9,998 bases of DNA, taken from NCBI GenBank assembly GCA_028713935.1, contig JAQTNI010000043.1:1-9998 (forward strand). The letters run 5' to 3'. Numbering within the stretch: position 1 is the first letter of the stretch; each line of letters begins with the position of its first letter. The translations under genes and the position numbers were made by a program. Below are positions 6,543 through 9,998 of the stretch, piece after piece. Below the pieces are notes generated by a model, which saw only the letters and a list, made by a program, of their open reading frames with translations, was not told the origin of the DNA and did no database searches. This stretch comes from Candidatus Iainarchaeum sp. GTDB lineage: Archaea; Iainarchaeota; Iainarchaeia; Iainarchaeales; GCA-2688035.

Positions 6543-7145
6543 TCAGCGCCTTTTTATAATTGTTAATTTTCTTTCGCCTTTTACAATTGATTTTTCAGGG
6601 ATATCGCCTTTTACAATTGTTCCTGCGCCGATAATTGAATCGGAGCCGATTTTTGAAGGGCCTAAAATGATTGCATGCGTGCCAATCCAGACATTGTCGC
6701 CTATTTCAATTGGCAATGTGTCTGAGCCCTGCTTTAAAATTGGGGTTTCAATTGAATCAAAGTTATGGGTGGCTGCCACAACAACAGAATGCGGGGAAAG
6801 AATCACATTGCTGCCTATTTTTGCATTGTCTGAAACAAAGCTGAAAGGCTGCACAAGGCAGTTATCGCCGAACTCTGTTGTCTGGCCTTCCCTGCATAGC
6901 ACCTGGGCATATTCCCTGAAATCGCAGTTGTTGCCAATAACAAGGCGCGCTGTTTTTGGAACACGAAAAATGCAGCCTGAAGCGATTCTGCAATTTTTGC
7001 CGATTGAAATGTTCCCATAAAAAGCAATCCGCGCAAAAGGGGAAATAAAAGTGCCATTGAACAGGCTTGAAAGCACAAGGCCGAAAAAATTAATCCTGCC
7101 AAATGCTTTTTCAAATCCGATTGAAATTAAACGCAAAAAACCCAT
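6543..7145 (-). CDS. Hexapeptide-repeat (left-handed beta-helix) acetyl/acyltransferase, WbbJ/WcaF/maltose O-acetyltransferase-like
   Basis: Imperfect hexapeptide repeats: IGKNCRI, IGNNCDF, FGDNCLV, IGSNVIL, IGDNVWIGTHAIILGPSKIGSDSIIGAGTIV. The gene is convergent with the flippase across a 3-nt gap. A minus-strand AATATTTATTAA (plus 7169-7180) lies about 30 nt upstream of the ATG. Confidence 0.88.
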   Translation of the reverse strand: MGFLRLISIGFEKAFGRINFFGLVLSSLFNGTFISPFARIAFYGNISIGKNCRIASGCIFRVPKTARLVIGNNCDFREYAQVLCREGQTTEFGDNCLVQPFSFVSDNAKIGSNVILSPHSVVVAATHNFDSIETPILKQGSDTLPIEIGDNVWIGTHAIILGPSKIGSDSIIGAGTIVKGDIPEKSIVKGERKLTIIKRR

Positions 7146-7210
7146 AAATTAGAATATGGAAGCTTGGGTTAATAAATATTGCAGCAGCAAAAAAAGCCTA
7201 AATAAAATAA

Positions 7211-7246
7211 GAGGAAAGTTAAAAGAATTAGAGTTTAACTTTCCTC
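7211..7246. repeat. Perfect 13-bp inverted repeat separated by 10 nt, in a divergent promoter region
   Basis: 7211-7223 GAGGAAAGTTAAA is the exact reverse complement of 7234-7246 TTTAACTTTCCTC. The loop is AGAATTAGAG. It lies 66 nt upstream of the acetyltransferase start and 253 nt upstream of the zinc-ribbon ORF. Confidence 0.6.
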
Positions 7247-7498
7247 CTTTGCCTTTTGCCTTCTATGTACAGAATTCGGGGTGATATTCAACCCACGCAG
7301 TATATTAAATGCAAAGTAGTATAAAAAACAGATTGGTTCAAAAAGCTAAAAAAAAGAAAGCCGAAAATTCATAAAATAACCCGCTTTCTTCCAAATTCCC
7401 TGGCAAATTCCGTGTTTGTTTTTTAAAGCAATATCCCCTGATAATATTTTAATCAATCCTCGTTTTTATGCGCATCTACGCTTGCGGGTGGGAAAAAA

Positions 7499-7678
7499 AT
7501 GGATATTGACAGGTATATCAAGAAAAGCAACAGCAACAAGAGGTCCTTGCTTGGGCAAAAGCAAAAATTCTGCCTGAAATGCGGAAAACAGCTTGAAAAT
7601 GAGGGCACTCACCTCTGGTTCCAGAATTTTTGCTCTGAAAAATGCAAGGAAGAATACATAGAGGAAACAAGAGTATAA
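7499..7678 (+). CDS. Small (59 aa) zinc-ribbon protein, FCS/TRASH/DUF2116-like CxxC-x16-CxxxC
   Basis: This ORF is absent from the ORF track because it is under 60 aa. My translation is MDIDRYIKKSNSNKRSLLGQKQKFCLKCGKQLENEGTHLWFQNFCSEKCKEEYIEETRV. GGGTGGG-A6 precedes the ATG, the same context as the surface-protein and uppS starts. The overlapping minus-strand ORF 7466-7726 has no recognisable features. Confidence 0.6.
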   Translation: MDIDRYIKKSNSNKRSLLGQKQKFCLKCGKQLENEGTHLWFQNFCSEKCKEEYIEETRV

Positions 7679-7691
7679 GCTGTTTCGGCTT

Positions 7692-8051
7692 TTATTTCTG
7701 GTTCCATTCCAGTTCATTGCCTTCACTTATGCCATTGGCTTTGCCTGCCGGCAGCTCTATGAGAAACTTTGCAGGCTTTTTTGGGGAACAGCTGGGAGTA
7801 AAAGGCTGCAGGCTTTTTATTATGTCAACAACTTTCCTGTTTTTGTCAAGAAAAACAACATCAATCGGAAAAAAAACAAAAAGCATATGGATGGTTGCAT
7901 TCAAAACAGATTCCCTTGGCAAATCAAAAACAAGGGCATAATCAAACAAGGCCTGGTTTTCAAACATAAGGCCGCGCAGCCTTTTCCAGGAAGAATCAGC
8001 AATCCTGACTTTTGAAATTATTTTTTTTGAATCGGATTTGTTTATGAGCAT
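7692..8051 (-). CDS. DUF192 (COG1430) family protein
   Basis: Family-like motifs: RLRGLMF, HMLFVFFPIDVVFLDKNRKVVDI, and KFLIELPAGKANGISEGNEL at the C-terminus. The ORF-track start at 8063 is a TTG. I prefer ATG 8051, which is preceded by GGTG-T6 on the minus strand. Confidence 0.8.
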   Translation of the reverse strand: MLINKSDSKKIISKVRIADSSWKRLRGLMFENQALFDYALVFDLPRESVLNATIHMLFVFFPIDVVFLDKNRKVVDIIKSLQPFTPSCSPKKPAKFLIELPAGKANGISEGNELEWNQK

Positions 8052-8066
8052 AAAAAACACCAAAAA

Positions 8067-8237
8067 TTATTTTTCCTTGAGGGCTTTAAGAGAAGGCACC
8101 TTTATTTCCTCCAGAAGCATTTTAACCCTGTCAGGACTTATGTCCAGGCCAAGCTTTGGGGATTCGCCCTTAGAGCCGGGCTTTTCAATGATGCGCAACC
8201 CAAAATTTTTTTCCATGTTTTTTTTAATGCGGGGCAT
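8067..8237 (-). CDS. Small (56 aa) hypothetical protein, likely first gene of a two-gene operon with DUF192
   Basis: This ORF is absent from the ORF track. My translation is MPRIKKNMEKNFGLRIIEKPGSKGESPKLGLDISPDRVKMLLEEIKVPSLKALKEK. Its stop lies 15 nt before the DUF192 ATG. A minus-strand TTTAATAA lies about 32 nt upstream of the ATG. I recognise no family. Confidence 0.45.
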   Translation of the reverse strand: MPRIKKNMEKNFGLRIIEKPGSKGESPKLGLDISPDRVKMLLEEIKVPSLKALKEK

Positions 8238-8355
8238 AACAGTAATAATTTGAATTTTGTATTATTAAAGAATATCTTTTTAAACAAAAAACACGCTTAA
8301 TAAATAATTGTTCTTCCACATTAATAAAAAAAACTGATTTCAAAGAGTGAAAAAA

Positions 8356-9054
8356 ATGGCATTGAATTCAATTGCATTCATTCCTGACGGAAACAGGAGA
8401 TTTGCGCAAAAACAGGGAATCTCCCTGCTTGAAGCATACAGGATGGGCACAAGAAAAGCCTGGGACGTGTTCAGCTGGCTCAACAACTACCCTGAAATAA
8501 AAACAGGCACTTTTTACACTTTGTCACTTGAAAACCTGCAGAGAAAAAAAACAGAACTGCTGCTTTTATACAAAATTTTTGAAAAAGAGCTTGACAAGGT
8601 AAAAAACTCAGGCCTGTTTGAAAAAAACCAGGTCCGGATGAAAGTCATTGGCAGGACAGACTTGCTGCCAAAAAAACTCCGCGAAAAAATTTTGGAAACA
8701 GAAAAATTCACTGAAAATTTTAAAAACAAAAAAATGAACCTGGCAATAGGATACACTGGGCAAATGGAAATAATCGACGCTGCAAAAAAAATCGCGGAAC
8801 AATACAAACAGGGCACTTTAAGGCTTGCCGAACTGACAACAAGCTCATTCCAAAAATATTTGTATGGAAATTTCCAAAACCCGGATTTGATAATAAGAAC
8901 CTCGGGCACGCAAAGGCTCAGCGGATTCCTAATGTACCAAAGCGCATACTCCGAACTGTGCTTCCTGGAAAAATACTGGCCAGAAATAAACGAAACAGAC
9001 CTTGACTTTGCAATAAAAGAATACTATTCAAGGCAGCGCAAGTTCGGCAAATAA
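8356..9054 (+). CDS. uppS: cis-prenyltransferase (undecaprenyl/dolichyl-diphosphate synthase family), archaeal type
   Basis: Family motifs: IAFIPDGNRRFA (catalytic Asp motif), TLSLENLQR, NLAIGYTGQMEI, DLIIRTSGTQRLSGFLMYQSAYSELCF..YWPE and RQRKFG. I prefer ATG 8356, preceded by GAGTG-A6, over the GTG at 8347. Confidence 0.92.
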   Translation: MALNSIAFIPDGNRRFAQKQGISLLEAYRMGTRKAWDVFSWLNNYPEIKTGTFYTLSLENLQRKKTELLLLYKIFEKELDKVKNSGLFEKNQVRMKVIGRTDLLPKKLREKILETEKFTENFKNKKMNLAIGYTGQMEIIDAAKKIAEQYKQGTLRLAELTTSSFQKYLYGNFQNPDLIIRTSGTQRLSGFLMYQSAYSELCFLEKYWPEINETDLDFAIKEYYSRQRKFGK

Positions 9055-9120
9055 ATTAAAAAATACTCCTTATCAGGAATATCATACTAAAAAAGAAAGC
9101 TATTTTTATTGCCGAAGGCA

Positions 9121-9143
9121 ACAGTTTTTCGAAGAAAAACTGT
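9121..9143. repeat. Perfect 10-bp hairpin between uppS and tRNA-Gln
   Basis: ACAGTTTTTC GAA GAAAAACTGT: the arms are exact reverse complements. Confidence 0.55.
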
Positions 9144-9156
9144 TTCTTTCCCAAGG

Positions 9157-9178
9157 CTTTCTTTCTTTAGAAAGAAAG
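9157..9178. repeat. Perfect 9-bp pyrimidine/purine-armed hairpin ending 5 nt before the tRNA-Gln 5' end
   Basis: CTTTCTTTC TTTA GAAAGAAAG: the arms are exact reverse complements, in the same style as the palindrome at 4838-4868. Confidence 0.55.
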
Positions 9179-9182
9179 GCTT

Positions 9183-9255
9183 AGCCCCGTAGTCTAGTGG
9201 CCAAGGATAGCGCCCTCTGAAGGCGCGGACGGGAGTTCGAATCTCTCCGGGGCTA
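9183..9255 (+). tRNA. tRNA-Gln (anticodon CUG), 73 nt, no intron, CCA not encoded
   Basis: I folded the cloverleaf by hand. The acceptor AGCCCCG (9183-9189) pairs with CGGGGCT (9248-9254), with discriminator A at 9255. The D arm is GTCT/GGAT with an AGTGGCCAA loop. The anticodon stem is GCGCC/GGCGC with loop CTCTGAA, giving anticodon CTG. The variable loop is 4 nt. The T arm is GGGAG/CTCTC with loop TTCGAAT. An A1:U72 pair is typical of archaeal tRNA-Gln. Confidence 0.93.
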
Positions 9256-9272
9256 TGAAAGAAACACGTTGC

Positions 9273-9665
9273 ATGGGTGAAGAATTGAAAACGAAAATAG
9301 AAGCTAAAAAAGGAGTTGTTTCTGCAGCCCCTATTTCTGACGGAATTTTGGCTGGTAATCTGTTGTTTACCTCTGGACAAGTTTGTCTAAAAGATGGAAA
9401 AATGATTGACGGGTCAATTGAAGAACAGATTAGCCAGGTAATGAAAAATCTAAAATGCATACTTGAAGCGGGGGGAAGCGGTTTTAGTGACGTTGTAAAA
9501 ACAACAATCTATGTTACTGACCTGTCGATAGCGCCTAAAATAAATGAAATATATCGCACTTATCTTTCAGAACCGTTTCCTGCACGCGAAATGGTGTGTG
9601 TAAAAGAATTGCCGTTGGGCGCCAAACTTGAAATCAGTATGATTGCAATCAAAAGTAAGAAGTAA
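9273..9665 (+). CDS. RidA/YjgF/TdcF-family (reactive intermediate/imine deaminase-like) protein
   Basis: Family-like motifs: AAPISDGILAGNLLFTSGQV, EEQISQVMKNLKCILEAGGSGFSDVVKTTIYVTD, NEIYRTYL..PFPAREMVCVKELPLGAKLEISMIA. The ORF-track start at 9255 is the tRNA discriminator base, so I prefer ATG 9273 (130 aa, the typical family length). Confidence 0.87.
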   Translation: MGEELKTKIEAKKGVVSAAPISDGILAGNLLFTSGQVCLKDGKMIDGSIEEQISQVMKNLKCILEAGGSGFSDVVKTTIYVTDLSIAPKINEIYRTYLSEPFPAREMVCVKELPLGAKLEISMIAIKSKK

Positions 9666-9680
9666 GCCAATGAGAAAACT

Positions 9681-9742
9681 TTGGGGCTAACGCTTTTGCG
9701 TCATATCGTCTGCGGGGCTATTTGGCAAAAGCATTAGCCCAA
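9681..9742. repeat. Imperfect inverted repeat of about 17 bp with a 25-nt loop, just downstream of the RidA gene
   Basis: 9681-9699 TTGGGGCTAACGCTTTTGC pairs with 9725-9742 GCAAAAGCATTAGCCCAA, with one mismatch and one bulge. The loop contains TCTGCGGGGCTA, an 11/12 match to the tRNA-Gln 3' end. The left arm contains GGGGCTA again. Confidence 0.5.
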
Positions 9743-9786
9743 CGATTAAGAAGACCAAGGAAAAAATTTATGGGCGATGTTACATG

Positions 9787-9998
9787 TTACGTGACAGCGC
9801 TTATGGCTCCATTTTTTTGTTTGTTTCTATATGCTTGATTGGGTGTAAGATATTTTAAGCTTGAGTGGGGAGTGTTGTTGTATTCTGGTTGATAGTGTTT
9901 GAATAACTTGTTTGCGTGTTCAATGTTCTGGACTTCGAATCGGTCCAGAAAGTGCTTGATTTTTTTGACTACTGCTTCTGCTTTGCCGTTGCATTTGG
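9787..9998 (-). CDS. C-terminal 70 codons of a DDE transposase/integrase (rve core, IS481-like style) entering from the right edge
   Basis: This frame is absent from the ORF track because no start lies in the window. My minus-strand translation is (P)KCNGKAEAVVKKIKHFLDRFEVQNIEHANKLFKHYQPEYNNTPHSSLKYLTPNQAYRNKQKNGAISAVT, with the stop at 9789..9787. P.xNGK.E matches the region around the third catalytic acidic residue. YN..RPHssL...TP..A is the canonical rve C-terminal signature. Confidence 0.75.
   Translation of the reverse strand, partial: KCNGKAEAVVKKIKHFLDRFEVQNIEHANKLFKHYQPEYNNTPHSSLKYLTPNQAYRNKQKNGAISAVT

Noticed and set aside
4835-7114. Overlapping ORFs within the flippase and acetyltransferase genes (4835-5083, 5150-5395, 5222-5542, 5399-5584, 5795-6199, 5852-6148, 6191-6448, 6667-7020, 6815-7114)
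   Set aside because: They are embedded in two confident genes and have no motifs.
7211-7285. GAGGAAAG (7211) and ACAGAATTCGG (7270) resemble the RNase P RNA CR-I and CR-V motifs
   Set aside because: The P4 pairing that defines RNase P RNA cannot form between the sequences that follow these motifs. The motifs are only about 50 nt apart. GAGGAAAGTTAAA is fully consumed by a perfect local hairpin.
7466-8253. ORFs 7466-7726 (-), 7642-7941 (+) and 8038-8253 (+)
   Set aside because: They overlap the zinc-ribbon ORF, DUF192 and the 56-aa ORF respectively on the opposite strand or frame. Their translations are hydrophobic or low-complexity with no start-context support.
9255-9272. ATG at 9255 as the RidA start
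   Set aside because: Its A is the tRNA discriminator base, so 3' processing of the tRNA would remove it. The extra MKETRC residues are not part of the RidA fold. I kept it only as an alternative.
8514-9460. Minus-strand ORFs 8514-8909, 8608-8802, 9087-9380 and 9194-9460
   Set aside because: They are antisense to uppS, to tRNA-Gln and to the RidA gene. The two ORFs that cross the tRNA are clearly artefacts.
1-9998. CRISPR arrays, rRNA genes, diversity-generating retroelement parts (template/variable repeat pairs, reverse transcriptase), toxin-antitoxin or restriction-modification genes
   Set aside because: I saw no regularly spaced direct repeats, no long internal near-identical repeat pair, and no ORF with RT, nuclease, methyltransferase or toxin-like motifs. 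The check was by eye only, so a divergent or short template/variable repeat pair could be missed.

Overview
The window is an AT-rich, A-run-rich segment that looks archaeal. Evidence: TATA-like boxes about 30 nt upstream of apparently leaderless starts, GGTG Shine-Dalgarno-like motifs, a tRNA-Gln with an A1:U72 pair, a geranylgeranyl reductase, an archaeal-style cis-prenyltransferase and a DUF1616-like membrane protein. A DPANN-type or other uncultivated lineage is an inference only. The core (371-9054) is a cell-envelope neighbourhood. In order it holds an 870-aa HYR/FN3/Ig-like surface protein with about 19 N-glycosylation sequons, a short DUF1616-like membrane protein, a geranylgeranyl reductase, a MOP/Wzx-type flippase, a hexapeptide-repeat acetyltransferase, a DUF192 protein and UppS. 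Two plausible small genes fall below the ORF-track cutoff: a 59-aa CxxC...CxxxC zinc-ribbon protein and a 56-aa protein upstream of DUF192. tRNA-Gln(CUG) at 9183-9255 abuts a RidA-family gene. Both window edges carry minus-strand transposase fragments, an N-terminus at 1-59 and an rve/DDE C-terminus at 9787-9998. Features not explained by the genes: a hairpin-dense spacer at about 3300-3613 with twice the GC of other spacers, perfect palindromes in several spacers, a start-codon-occluding hairpin on the left transposase-like gene, and an 11/12 copy of the tRNA 3' end inside a 62-nt imperfect hairpin between RidA and the right transposase. I saw no CRISPR array, rRNA, reverse transcriptase or recognisable defence genes. 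All family assignments come from motif recognition by eye, not from searches.
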